DNA of 50,497 nucleotides from an uncultured Clostridia bacterium (lineage in GTDB: Bacteria; Bacillota; Clostridia; Christensenellales; UBA1242), in the NCBI GenBank assembly GCA_944377765.1, contig CALWFX010000010.1:1-50497 (forward strand), written 5' to 3'. The notes beneath the pieces are model-generated. The model did not search any database. It had not been told where the DNA came from and worked only from the letters and a program-made list of their open reading frames with translations. Position 1 is the first letter of the stretch; each line of letters begins with the position of its first letter. A program made the translations under genes and the position numbers. This document shows positions 21,601 to 25,563 of this stretch, piece after piece.

Positions 21601-24269
21601 CTTTAACTAATAAAGGAATTGAACATTTTGATTTAAGATTGTTATATAGTGAATATTTTGACTCTATTATTCAAGAAGGCGAAGGCATCTTTTCACAAAA
21701 AGCAACAATTAAATTTAATTATAGTTCGCCATTATCACAAGAATTTGTAAATGATGGCAAATATTCAATTGATGGTGATGGAAATGTTTTATATGATGGA
21801 AATGCTGTGACAGAAACAATGCTATTTTATGACTTAAATGATTTGAAGTTTGTATATTATGTTGTTTATAGTTCTGGTGAAGAAGAGATCAATGAAGCCC
21901 TAACATTAAATAACTCATTTAATATTGATGAATTTTTGAATTTGGGTGAAGTGAGTGAAATTCCTGAAATATTTTTAGTTGCAGATGAAATTTTAAATTA
22001 TGCAGATAATAGTGTTGACACAATTATTAAATTTAATGAAGACTATTTGGCAACAATTCCTGAAAATATAACATTTAATTTGCCAGATTATACTCCAGTT
22101 GATGATAGTCTTGATAGCAATTTATATTGTGGTGAAGAAAAAGTATCTTACAATTTCAATATAGCAAATGGAACTATTAATGAAATTGAAGGAGAATTAC
22201 TAAATGATATTGATAATTCAATTAAAGTGACTGAAAATACAAATCAATATAATTTTGAATACATTGGCAATGGTGTAAATGATGAAGAATCATTAAAAGA
22301 AAAATATAATGGAATTCCATATGGTGCACAAAATTTCGATGTAACATTTAATGTAAATGCTAATTTCAACTATACATCAAATAATTTAGTTTACAACGCA
22401 GAAGATTTAAGTGGAAATAATATAATTATTAAAAATAATATTTATTATGATGATCAAATATCTGTTACAGGCATTAAACTCTATGGAGAAAATCATATTA
22501 TTTCACAAAACTTATCATTGTCTAACTCAAGTTACATGTTCTCGGTTGATGGAAAAGGATATGTCTCAAATTCATATTTAGTTGCTATCTTAACAATGAA
22601 TGATAGTATATATATGAATAATCAAAGGAGTGCTATTCAAGTTGAAAATACCAGCACAACAAAGAATTTATCTGTATATGGAAGCATTAGAAATATCAAT
22701 CCAAACAATGATTTAATTGTTACTGGATTGTCGTTGAAATATGATTCCTCAACTGCAACCTCTTCATCGGAAAAGAATTTTCAATCTCACTTATCTTTAA
22801 TTGGTTCAAATATAGAGGATAGCCCTATTATTAGTTCATCAAAAACTGATGGAGAAAATGTAAAAGTTAAAATTGGAGAAGTTTATATAGATAAAAATAC
22901 AACTTTAGAAGAATTAACATTATCAAGAAATACGATATTGATTTCTGGAAATGGTGGTAATGCATCTAATGGTATGGATGGAACAGGGTATGACTATTAT
23001 GGGAATGGATATTCTGGAACTGATGGTGGCAAAGGCGGAAATGCTGGTGAAATTGGAATCACGTATAAGTTGGAAGAGAAAGATGGGAAGGATGAAACAA
23101 CAATTACTAAGCCAACTGACTTAACAAAAGCAATTTCAGGAGTAGTTGGTGCTTCTGGTAATGGTGGAAATGGACATGATGGTAAGAATGCGAGCGCACA
23201 TAACGAAAATGGTTGGCGTAATGGATATACTCAATATGATTCATCACGCGGAGATGATGCTTTTAAATTTAATTATAGCACTGAGGTTAATAATGGTTTA
23301 GCCGGTGGCGGTGGGCATGGAGGAACCGCAGATACTTCTAATAAGAGTGCCTCTTCACAAAAAACCAATAGAAAATATCAAACAATTTCTGGCAATGGTG
23401 GCTCAGGTGGATTAGGGTTGATGTATTATTCTAGAGATATTAAGCTTGGAGACCGCTTTGAATACACTGATTTTGAATATCCAGACTATGATTACAAAAG
23501 TCTTTACAAAGCAACAAAATATAATGAATATTCTTCTTGGTATAAAACTGCTGGTGGTGGTGGAACTTCTGGTGATTATGAAAATGCCGCAAGTGGTGAC
23601 AAGGGAAGATTCTTTGGTGCTGGCGATGGCTTCTTTAGAGGAGATAGTTATGATGCATCAACTATAGGATATTATTGGTATGATGGTGCCAGATTATTTG
23701 GTAACTTACAACTAATTTCAACATTTAGTAATTATGGTTATTATGATGCTGAATCTGCAAATGGTTGGTATAATTTCTGGGGTAGACCTAGAAGTGCACA
23801 GTTCATTGCAGATGGTGGATTAGATATGTATAGTGGTGCTAGTGTAGAAGAAATTAAAACAGCATTTAACTATTTCTTATATGGTGGACGTGTTCATTGG
23901 AAAGCATGGACAGGAGACGGATATATTGAGAAGCCATCTTATATTGAAAGTTTGAATAGATTATTCCAAGAAAATGATAATGGAACCTATTCTTATAAAG
24001 TGCCTTCAACTTATTCAGTTAATTATCATGGTGAATGTGTATGGAAATATGCGTTTTATGGTGGCTCTGGCGGAGGAGAAGGAACAGGTGAATCTGGAAA
24101 TGGAGGAACACCTTATACGAAAATTATTTATGGGTTCTGTGGGCCTATAGAAAATTATGATAATTATTCTTATGCTAATAGAAAAGTTTTCTTCACTAGA
24201 GATGATATGGTGACATCTGCTGGTTCTTATGGACAAATTTCAAATTTAGCAAATTTAATAATTGAATAA
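3549..24269 (+). CDS. giant (6,906 aa) surface lipoprotein with multiple GLUG-motif repeat modules and a Gly/aromatic-rich C-terminal domain
   Basis: Uninterrupted 20,721-nt ORF in AT-rich DNA. AAGGAGG lies 4 nt before the ATG. The signal peptide has lipobox L-S-A-C. At least seven modules contain entry motifs such as FNSFDGNGYTIHINSF, FKGLIDGNSFTISNINL and YIDGQNHQIEFNG, and I spotted about 20 GG[ILVF][VAI]G motifs by eye (AGGIVGL, IGGIVGA, VGGLVGL, IGGLVGY...). No C-terminal TM or LPXTG. Confidence 0.93.
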   Translation: MKKIAFGFLTVLMLLGGVILSACGEKNIYLSVSSSEVVIYTNYENSEFNYQRANVSVTLEGSEDGVGLQIESGKDIIKCTSPEKDRQGNYNFTIEEIGEKSGKAQIKVYSIEDPSIYKYVNVTSYTYLTKYQALDLKDEDGRSGLYVIKGASQDLTPSKYFNFLPSEANVVDTIWTFQGGDGQDSGLTTLQYDGDIIAEIVDNKTLVVYDECFYPTITLFASFERQTSIFETVTFQVIDSSSITSFKLGDTTLISQDTTTGDIIYDNFMADLVRNDANNSSVQGQMVISTFDKNIELDVEAYFLNSNGTKSYIENYEDYFKLDVQYLPYNDVTEEMTINFTLDALYDDSSFEMKYGDIHINFVLKYSEYTYSINTSNCDIKLNTYFIPESILVRDGGVSNIGGNTIDLYSQYFSSYGYEINVNVYPDDVALKDSTFKISIDNAHEMVNDEDYFVKIYYKDNPTRQVKFTRVENTDTFVSEAIANGTSLYFTSGNISSKSGLKIDFYASANPYNAIQSIYANLFKISESSIMKVMEIDTETGETEDFNFDQTFYISSSETSLKTKEFNLRIMGMASIAGLELDYEQSRNFSISMEMTDSFEDTEDVNNSYVDIKVTISLTRSNFAQDFKFSLKHKTGLQSEIFNISSFAPIEKAEVVCADGGFTNIYEQEYLEQNFVADIDDGNFTIADSTIVDNSLSSLLISAGSNVAINLDYNSATLNLANNTAGYYFAYLDYEAFASHDQNLGLDGDTLTERFNNLQFTDSLDNLTYLPIFESAFSTLNNTYFSYTNGQFKVSDKEFVVYVMVVFNGYNELHQDLNLVRFFRLESFYPVDSLRSDITDLELYSKESLSVSDENLSYANVNVTLRLDGKLPTYSDLSYFSISLGNGTYCKGEDESGTFKERASLTCVSIYNDYVSLSNFRVDERTGVLSFRISANSTRLQSRVRDVITLYYNFKSVEIPTNINLTILQANRVENVTWINETEDSEIYLNIATDNVEEQTFTISTSISPDDAYNRKLTNYYHPLNNNSSVLDINTTSTGQSFTLTIGNQNEGGYGYLYLLPEDMVKNVDSIRKIVYYGLDDEGNLSTQAEYISLSEINGIYEDLINGTNGYVNYFLNNNNEKVYYKDVILRIKVTIADGQSEDTAIRIYSADELRNIDTRLYYRIMNDLELTNWTQLTELRGMIFGNDENITLTMSGQSLIGNLYGTVKNLTFVGAVNGGGFVADNVISGGVIENVKVDVRYDKEKAECIPSVVSGGYYVETSLIGNYIGAIAGRNEGLITSCYNYGANLTASLENGSSVAGGIVGLNYGRVENCGVEFYKFTSVESNQFSALYIGGIVGAVDWGQEQEVSPTIYNSYVYAFSLENGTVGSDIDINNVSYTKLVNYQESMERPSENGDGNVYFGEFIGYIMNLSQNKTMIENSFAFLGDLTANKNAQTNYSVIGVGDSIESSPLTLRNSYLTNFVVKENAEDGTKTLGLEFRYFLRNGENNINSPITDEQDSESVEEIYSAFDTTIWETENIDKEANFGFAYLKNVRQNVSVSVEQMIQNVEDKVLAFTGGDKAVIFKYDVNEQVVSNAVQSELDRLNTISLTELFGISSNEIRSLLVSVDRPDYLDFTTNSLSVKKTTTNLATKTVTLTLHSRMDFSESKTFEIMIVNAIPEILTTVGNNEVKDGQIVNIQTGIDNSKKVQIILDNTIYLNGQEYTLTTNSYNYFVELDNNLNAENEKYIDEQVSGNAVEFIARNDSGVNYISANISVGLLNLNSTDENSNEYAFNETIKSQRQRNLLLSSYVGANYVNADHTILNITPSEFTSFKVTINSDNPEEDLVLYINYNNERYDVENGQVKINDNLVLDVSYTLISSDNGNYEYKVLINVNNEYRHKVDTTYSMDIVVNALSQQNNSNYAKIVKFTVEKQEINDVNVNAYTVSSRFIRNNVWYYTPSNTISSALVPGGESILTMEISPSFAHYSHFIVEYEVTSQGTTGSVGLSRLSYTEGYGYYIDTSTTENRTNGIKVNPTETDLKTGVYNFRIYISSSFTANSNVKLNITFFDGNDRLETYTYNYIVDYLKEAEVLVDGAHSVMLAKGDTAEVSITLELDQTLYNNTITLENNSASITLSEITETVADSYKVYTSTLRTSVLSTLQDNKSTGAFYVKAAVSRYVNGVQEIKESYATVYLVDFTIDAEKTKVVGSTDTVNYNGVEYDAFNAYINDSKGQIAFDYTIAPENYVYDETNVKEQEAVKNLMIKRNEFIKSNYYADSQAGYYINYRYNELTGVFEEQTLKERLYYVNSDGSATAIWNGQDYIKNTTFDFGEETNGTLGIIGRQTGRVLMRLETIVIVGNTTFVYEYDFVVVVEVWTDEEVPLPIYTAEEFLTYLNGSPDDEGNTHAADYILMNDIVLDEYTPLSSQYFNSFDGNGYTIHINSFEFSTESTSLNLALFSEVAENSTIKNVRVNLYNGGQITVNLNLYTQVNVAGFALENNGIIYNCEVLAYYDEENSTSRLSGDTGLVVKFVRGNGTDPVYLTSSDVNISDVNISGFVNNNNNVITNSRVGGTSIGKIISDDTTDYYINYRLPTFTIQGQCNVSGFVGSNVGTITASFANAVQINNEMRSTTSRTAGFVLNNTGNVQTSYVQGVEVNESLFFEGSTIATTGKVAGFVYSNSGLVKNSYVNIAFEIDASRSYLSAGFVYENNEDGEITLCYSSVKMSNTDINEMSFSGVDELGNDLNLNKDGITYSYYYSESRNDQSTQASYDTGAYAITDVEYEETFYRFSFSSEENAYNGIWMMTNKGITLVSANQIAFSNRYIEYSSEDEYSLFYNTLTDYASYRQIDLSYGSINNPIIIRNADDFAKATGKAQELEISSYKKYYNDREVFGNYRLVNNIDFSEIDQNTDGTDDIKLTTTDKDFKGLIDGNSFTISNINLGGSASVENYGIFKRIVDNAVIMNLGLQVASVHNSNANIVGTLAGTVIDSRLISINLSPMERSDDEEIQAVSIAGYNIVGGLVGLVMGDSKLSDIQVTDIDVDSGYYSASKEVNGNKSYTGVELRNLVEMNSSLTSKVRFVSYAGGIAGYVDIYDSITDSFVRYSPSTQVTSYNIATIRVLNSVDIYGEVAGGLFGYIGESTLAYDLGLEINADMALNTPSYITAKNLYAGGIVGENHGGLYAIYAEHTRELQDLIETNIYNYYNNSSTVERGQMSIFSYTQNDTKHYGRRYNNPYYIGGLVGYAGSGYISVGYNRLNVVSNEAETFTEENKLRTLAVGGLVGYVDSKNYYASDVISGNPDVSYYLNEVYFSGVINANTAVEAGGLIGRISSTSKVAIDYVNSVPYYDLNTDINKVFSFIGGFDSALPSNLYVLDTAGGYNDLMTAGGVSGGTGSVPSVGIMTEYGAVDAETLNVVKPINDNYSLNFDENSYLKIDRIASSSMSTLYTKMNNYFLENGWDITQWEHEVDTLYPRIVLTPKLSVVYLDASENSIRNVMDLIENGSTMTIVVRGRVDENSDAAHTDVDLRDYINASNRFSNYAGKIVSYYSYMNNSTEEGTVSEEQRDNAGKLIGGKTGARVGLIIDQPIFENAGTNFEMEDINIYYARSDYAPNSISSLLINGTANDATFTNVNIYLNESITLEANAQGYAGLIVNRANSTTFSNITINLRNSSTQDIKIKFETYNGNSNQESNYFGLLAGYMSQASQYKGIFVSNVLINSLSSIDKPISTLNVDVDISKGDTTGDGKAIKNLYFGLWAGNASIASGNSVNTFDAMLSNLTTSVIKETNITINSSDNVELSNLYVGGYFGSVGTTSITRYNADADSGVNLSTLVENLNIIQNIGVSNIYAGLVAGTVNSTNFNFEENENQKDLMLGLSGSYRQAKDKKIGNVSVGAIFGQTNANITLGQKVDVNFNVLGNYVTTTQAEVSTLANEDEVKGIYIKNDMALDDNSDIKLDTNNNAQTDYLQVAGIANVGSLIGNMVGGTMRYRAMDIKGEIQIKNSGDDDTNAGVFNVGAIGYLGGGEIRSGETTDSSIIKTNILVNNSSDAFVNVGGFIGGISDATTILSIGNLAYVGNVVSFAKNLVFGGIVGDAGYASSSDLISNAVFGGNLRHYVRSNIDNKTEYTDGILIAGGIVGNINIPKSSVNITEVYTYGNIFVNYPNNSTKYLNKYCFGGIVGAIGALTASSSETTNTVSVTNAYSLLTNFNDKITYNGYTTTDYVANAIVGFGDGSSNLGDNVYYSSGVNLAYQANENANDVSYGVYVEDYRGYTIQNDTIGNTTSETAETPSDETNIVGEIKNMLTTNYNGLIDANDINKLNPTLINNNSFTEDGKGIDNNEELINNANDNDIKWYYANSDISINNGRYITDLKNAVVVGNGRTISYQLIATASNDYGIFQNVGGINDTFTAISGFVAEINLDIELDKEDKTNYIGGFISKSKIKDDNSLYYNSVIIYGIGVTGQIEIGGDGSANVGGLAGVMYNGLISNSFTDVNIIYHGGVQRSETNSVVSYVASSNVSSIANNTGDSMVDIIDTFAGGAVQSYVSANLYSFNGILSVGTTNNGEYTNANPDLRIFDSYTYSQISRVDYEFGTSGISGTFSYKGSYAGKNADEINIHSGLYFNNYNTDTNDANNTIKFTGSSTKIDDISLNYNGEVGSGYAIKLEEREDKENTETGEIEKAEPVTHSLWFNSPYRNYGYATTGFAYLRNVTVYSQARLGGIASDDPDIAQDEDGNRVELAYKTYDYTRLTNDQALGIKKDNGKIYFENDEELEVFFAVPNGGKFKQIADMYNPESEDTTTQTVTEIDAKYNFFLLYDLNLNNLTGDESWTANSDIGTEDYNTYIDGQNHQIEFNGSGNGFFGVAYADLENMRIILSSDLTTANATEEDISVGGNSETVTYEYYGVLAGELIGSATNITVSGNIEVRGDSNRVIGGLVGKLSNGSTVTAIESLVNINVAKSTSGNSGINYVGGVVGFSEGTISTSSNSGNIIVNNTSSSKNLANLTPTDGVISNLTAELPKYDDSLSDLENNTSIEGNEKVSNNLQSVIGGVAGYNGGTIEKSYNTSSVMNNYNATDASVGNLVSGGIAGYSIGDIANSFNTGYVVSGNTSNTGLAISGGIVGFGNSGEYANNINDAKVQAVSELDSGRYKITPLYSFGTNEKITNYSRTVTLRIEYNIDSESEEKDARKVYAYGIGYITNYTSNDFDNNTKMNTNKNLAYDEIVNDGNLGYIKKIFQKDYSVQRYYGADHDNDNRYDVEDSYNFAINNGDPDFKISGYDAYGFVSRLNLNYTYSFDITAFKHGYIVENTSDDYYYKRGTDFFKISITDSEPNEYRDNRAIPSGTIDVNGSTLNDSDTSGLYPGGTTSYYLSMPFYGEEGNYTYQEIISEENNHTYYGVKSDLTSNEYNIVKKELNYKYEEINKSRKVYVNSTEAESININGISYNIVNNETQLSSYTSGWNTNGSITLEIPSVSHGDKTIASSQPKIDYVEYEIKVNYGTDYQTSATLTKNSQNLTPIGSSEEIVNTGNNSYTLNYSVYYNKTDLGNALKTVLGDDYASKDYRLSVSLNYNIEYEFEDSFDLYKNTVTVNGANVSIDVVDDANKLITLGTYLKNSNATKTNGDFDIEFKDARGQRVYINVDGTILDGTDGNYGVQSINVNSAGSGMINLGDASNASAFATAINNLTMTIKYQVYGSGNYVIPVESGRFEIESEISKSYRFTSVESGLNYNDDYSDSYNIEASESKIIFSVYENKLIEHDIVAVSFVYNPLNTGVTFEYNTDSGFVKHTGVIEGWGGTGSVEYVINENTIEFTCVNSGDINTFINSFKSITKLNIEKEKSSLEIEPIITQSVGDGLVTVNYKFDGVLPSGYTYNSQTNVITRNEGTSVNLTLNYVKDGDINIQDASSVTLSSNNDKIVIYYIKNTFEKNIISGNTLNVKIEDSNKVEYEFYRENSDLQTGGLLVSKDYSVTKVISENFPIRIARNVTRQGVGILTYDYEQATIYDVNNSYSIAVLKDGDKEDFYLIYKGTDGSLTNKGIEHFDLRLLYSEYFDSIIQEGEGIFSQKATIKFNYSSPLSQEFVNDGKYSIDGDGNVLYDGNAVTETMLFYDLNDLKFVYYVVYSSGEEEINEALTLNNSFNIDEFLNLGEVSEIPEIFLVADEILNYADNSVDTIIKFNEDYLATIPENITFNLPDYTPVDDSLDSNLYCGEEKVSYNFNIANGTINEIEGELLNDIDNSIKVTENTNQYNFEYIGNGVNDEESLKEKYNGIPYGAQNFDVTFNVNANFNYTSNNLVYNAEDLSGNNIIIKNNIYYDDQISVTGIKLYGENHIISQNLSLSNSSYMFSVDGKGYVSNSYLVAILTMNDSIYMNNQRSAIQVENTSTTKNLSVYGSIRNINPNNDLIVTGLSLKYDSSTATSSSEKNFQSHLSLIGSNIEDSPIISSSKTDGENVKVKIGEVYIDKNTTLEELTLSRNTILISGNGGNASNGMDGTGYDYYGNGYSGTDGGKGGNAGEIGITYKLEEKDGKDETTITKPTDLTKAISGVVGASGNGGNGHDGKNASAHNENGWRNGYTQYDSSRGDDAFKFNYSTEVNNGLAGGGGHGGTADTSNKSASSQKTNRKYQTISGNGGSGGLGLMYYSRDIKLGDRFEYTDFEYPDYDYKSLYKATKYNEYSSWYKTAGGGGTSGDYENAASGDKGRFFGAGDGFFRGDSYDASTIGYYWYDGARLFGNLQLISTFSNYGYYDAESANGWYNFWGRPRSAQFIADGGLDMYSGASVEEIKTAFNYFLYGGRVHWKAWTGDGYIEKPSYIESLNRLFQENDNGTYSYKVPSTYSVNYHGECVWKYAFYGGSGGGEGTGESGNGGTPYTKIIYGFCGPIENYDNYSYANRKVFFTRDDMVTSAGSYGQISNLANLIIE
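6984..8155 (+). repeat. GLUG-type module A of the 6,906-aa protein (aa about 1146-1535; approximate)
   Basis: IRIYSADELRNID...GMIFGNDENITLTMSGQSLIGNLYGTVKNLTFVG, then IGAIAGRNEGLITSCYNYG, VAGGIVGLNYGRVENCG and YIGGIVGAV. It ends near TIWETENIDKEANFGFAYLKNV. Confidence 0.6.
10650..11960 (+). repeat. GLUG-type module B (aa about 2368-2804; approximate), paralogous to 46856-48100
   Basis: PIYTAEEFLTYL...FNSFDGNGYTIHINSF...IKNVRVNLYNG, then NVAGFALENNGIIYNCEV, NVSGFVGSNVGTITASF, RTAGFVLNNTGNVQTSYVQG, KVAGFVYSNSGLVKNSYVN and LSAGFVYENNEDGEITLCYSS. Confidence 0.65.
11133..11166 (+). repeat. perfect 15-bp in-frame tandem duplication (2 copies plus a partial third)
   Basis: tctgatgtaaatatt occurs at 11133-11147 and again at 11148-11162, followed by tctg. 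It encodes SDVNI-SDVNI. Confidence 0.9.
12072..13935 (+). repeat. GLUG-type module C (aa about 2842-3462; approximate), paralogous to 48209-49710
   Basis: NPIIIRNADDFAKATGK...YRLVNNIDFSEIDQ...FKGLIDGNSFTISNINLGGSASVENYGIFKRI, then VGGLVGLVMG, YAGGIAGYVD, VAGGLFGYIG, YAGGIVGENHG, YIGGLVGYAGSG, AVGGLVGYVD and EAGGLIGRIS. It ends near WEHEVDTLYPRIVL. Confidence 0.65.
13950..16330 (+). repeat. GLUG-like degenerate repeat region D (aa about 3468-4260; approximate)
   Basis: Serial Y-x-G-[LG]-x-x-G motifs: YAGLIVNRAN, YFGLLAGYMS, YFGLWAGNAS, YVGGYFGSVG, YAGLVAGTVN, VGGFIGGISD, FGGIVGDAGY, IAGGIVGNIN and FGGIVGAIG. Confidence 0.5.
16520..17650 (+). repeat. GLUG-type module E (aa about 4325-4700; approximate)
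   Basis: ITDLKNAVVVGNGRTISYQL...YGIFQNVGG...ISGFVAEINLD...YIGGFISKS...NVGGLAGVMYNGLISNSFTD. It ends near GFAYLRNVTVYS. Confidence 0.5.
17815..18980 (+). repeat. GLUG-type module F (aa about 4756-5144; approximate)
   Basis: YNFFLLYDLNLNN...YIDGQNHQIEFNGSGNGFFGVAYADLENMRI, then YYGVLAGELIGSATN, VIGGLVGKLSNG, YVGGVVGFSEGTIS, VIGGVAGYNGGTIEKSYN, VSGGIAGYSIGDIANSFN and ISGGIVGFGNSG. Confidence 0.55.
22947..24266 (+). other. C-terminal glycine-run / aromatic-rich domain of the 6,906-aa protein (last about 440 aa)
   Basis: Short Gly-runs (GNGGNASNGMDGTG, GTDGGKGGNAG, GASGNGGNGHDG, AGGGGHGGTAD, SGNGGSGGLG, AGGGGTSGD, GGSGGGEGTGESGNGG) alternate with Tyr/Trp/Phe/Asp-rich segments (FEYTDFEYPDYDYKSLY, GYYWYDGARLF, NGWYNFWGRP). 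Confidence 0.7.
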
Positions 24270-24298
24270 AATAATAATATATAAAAGGAGAAAGGGTT

Positions 24299-25084
24299 AT
24301 GGTTAACAACGATGATATTTCGCACGAGGGACACAGAAAAAGATTGCTGGACCTTGCTGTTAATGCTGGAATTGACAATATGAGTGATGTTCAAGTTGTG
24401 GAATATATGCTAACTTACATTTTTCCGCGTGGAGATGTAAATCCTTTGGCTCATAGACTTCTTGACACTTATGGAAATTTAACTGCCATTATCGACGCTT
24501 CATATTTTGACTTAATGAATGTTAAAGGCTTAAATGAAAGAAGTGCTAAAAAGATTTCAATGCTTGGCGAGTTATTCTTTGGCTACACAACTGCAAAATT
24601 GAGAAAGAAATGGCATGTTAGCAATCTTGCTGAAATTCTTGATGTTGTTGAAGACAGTCTTCGTTTTAGAACAACTGAAAACCTTCTCCTTTTGGGACTT
24701 AGTCCTGCAAATTATATTTGTGGACGAAAAAGATTGAATTTATTTAAAGTTGATGAAGTGTCAATACCTGTTATGGAACTTACTGCGTTTATTTCTTCAG
24801 TTAAACCAACTTCACTTGTTGTTGCTCATTGTCATCCATATGGAGAAGCGTTCCCATCAAAAAGCGACAAAAGTGCTTTCAAAATGGTTAAGAATATATG
24901 CTATAATTGTGGTGTGAATTTAATTGAAAGTTTGATTGTTGGTGAAAATGGTGTTTATGGTCAGGTTAAAGACAGCATGCTTAGAACTTACCATGACATT
25001 GATGCTGTTAAAGAAAATTTGTTAAATACAATGCAGATTTCAAAAGGAAAATTGGTGGACACAAATAAACCATCAAAAAAATAA
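24299..25084 (+). CDS. radC: RadC-family protein (HhH N-domain plus JAB/MPN metalloprotease-fold domain), paralogue 1
   Basis: The N-terminus SHEGHRKRLLDL...LTYIFPRGDVNPLAHRLLDTYGNL...VKGLNERSAKKI is RadC-type with an HhH. The JAMM motif is intact: HCHPYGEAFPSKSD (HxH-x7-S-xx-D). AGGAG lies 9 nt before the ATG. The gene starts 29 nt after the giant gene's stop with no hairpin between. Confidence 0.85.
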   Translation: MVNNDDISHEGHRKRLLDLAVNAGIDNMSDVQVVEYMLTYIFPRGDVNPLAHRLLDTYGNLTAIIDASYFDLMNVKGLNERSAKKISMLGELFFGYTTAKLRKKWHVSNLAEILDVVEDSLRFRTTENLLLLGLSPANYICGRKRLNLFKVDEVSIPVMELTAFISSVKPTSLVVAHCHPYGEAFPSKSDKSAFKMVKNICYNCGVNLIESLIVGENGVYGQVKDSMLRTYHDIDAVKENLLNTMQISKGKLVDTNKPSKK

Positions 25085-25087
25085 CAA

Positions 25088-25114
25088 ATAGACGAGTGAT
25101 TGCTCGTCTATTTT
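25088..25114 (+). terminator. intrinsic terminator after radC paralogue 1
   Basis: atagacgag (25088-25096) pairs with ctcgtctat (25103-25111), loop tgattg, then TTT(T). Confidence 0.75.
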
Positions 25115-25162
25115 AGTTATAGCAAATAGTATAAAAATTGTGTTTTGCAAGAAAATAACTTT

Positions 25163-25522
25163 ATGACAAAGAAGGATAAATTGGTTATGTCCCTTCTTTG
25201 CGAAAAGGGGCAAAAGAAAAAATCATACCTTATTTCTCCACAAGAAATTACTTCTGCTTTATCAAAGAAGTATGTTTTATCTGTTGCTGAAATTGATGAA
25301 ATTATGGTTAATCTTTCCAATGAAAATTATATTGATTTTGTTGTAAGCGACAGCAAAAAAGGATATTACTATTGTGTTACACTAAAAAAATGCGGACAAA
25401 CCTATATAACTGACACAAAAAATCAAAAGAAAACCTTGGGTATTTTGGTTTTACGCTCAATTTTTTTGGCAACTGTGAGTTTCGTCTTCGGTATAATTCT
25501 AAAAGCAATATTTAAAAGTTAA
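25163..25522 (+). CDS. hypothetical protein with a C-terminal transmembrane anchor (possible winged-helix-like N-part)
   Basis: The ORF is open from 25145 and the first ATG is at 25163 ([16 protein letters not shown]...). The C-terminal hydrophobic span is [26 protein letters not shown]. There is no clear SD, so the start is uncertain (alternative ATG at 25187). Confidence 0.5.
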   Translation: MTKKDKLVMSLLCEKGQKKKSYLISPQEITSALSKKYVLSVAEIDEIMVNLSNENYIDFVVSDSKKGYYYCVTLKKCGQTYITDTKNQKKTLGILVLRSIFLATVSFVFGIILKAIFKS

Positions 25523-25529
25523 AAAAATA

Positions 25530-25557
25530 TTGTAATTTTACATTTTTATGCTATAAT
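25530..25557 (+). promoter_or_regulatory. extended -10 promoter abutting the uvrB start codon (leaderless-type arrangement)
   Basis: TTGTAA (25530-25535), 16-nt spacer, TGcTATAAT (25549-25557). The uvrB ATG at 25564 lies 6 nt after the -10 and there is no SD. Confidence 0.5.
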
Positions 25558-25563
25558 TGTTGT

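Noticed and set aside
23247-23645. Two RGD tripeptides (SSRGDDAF, FFRGDSYD) in the C-terminal tip of the 6,906-aa protein as possible integrin-binding motifs.
   Set aside because: About one RGD is expected by chance in a protein this size. The cytosolic RadC proteins here also contain RGD. There is no supporting context.
4020-24378. About 20 short ORFs (60-110 aa) in other frames or antisense within the 6,906-aa gene, for example 7034-7297, 10429-10686 and 16147-16416. The same occurs in the 3,539-aa gene, for example 42735-43067 and 43563-44229.
   Set aside because: All are nested in a much longer, clearly coding frame and lack SDs. Their skewed compositions (Leu/Met/Gln/Lys or Ile/Phe/Asn) are what off-frame translation of the main frame would give.
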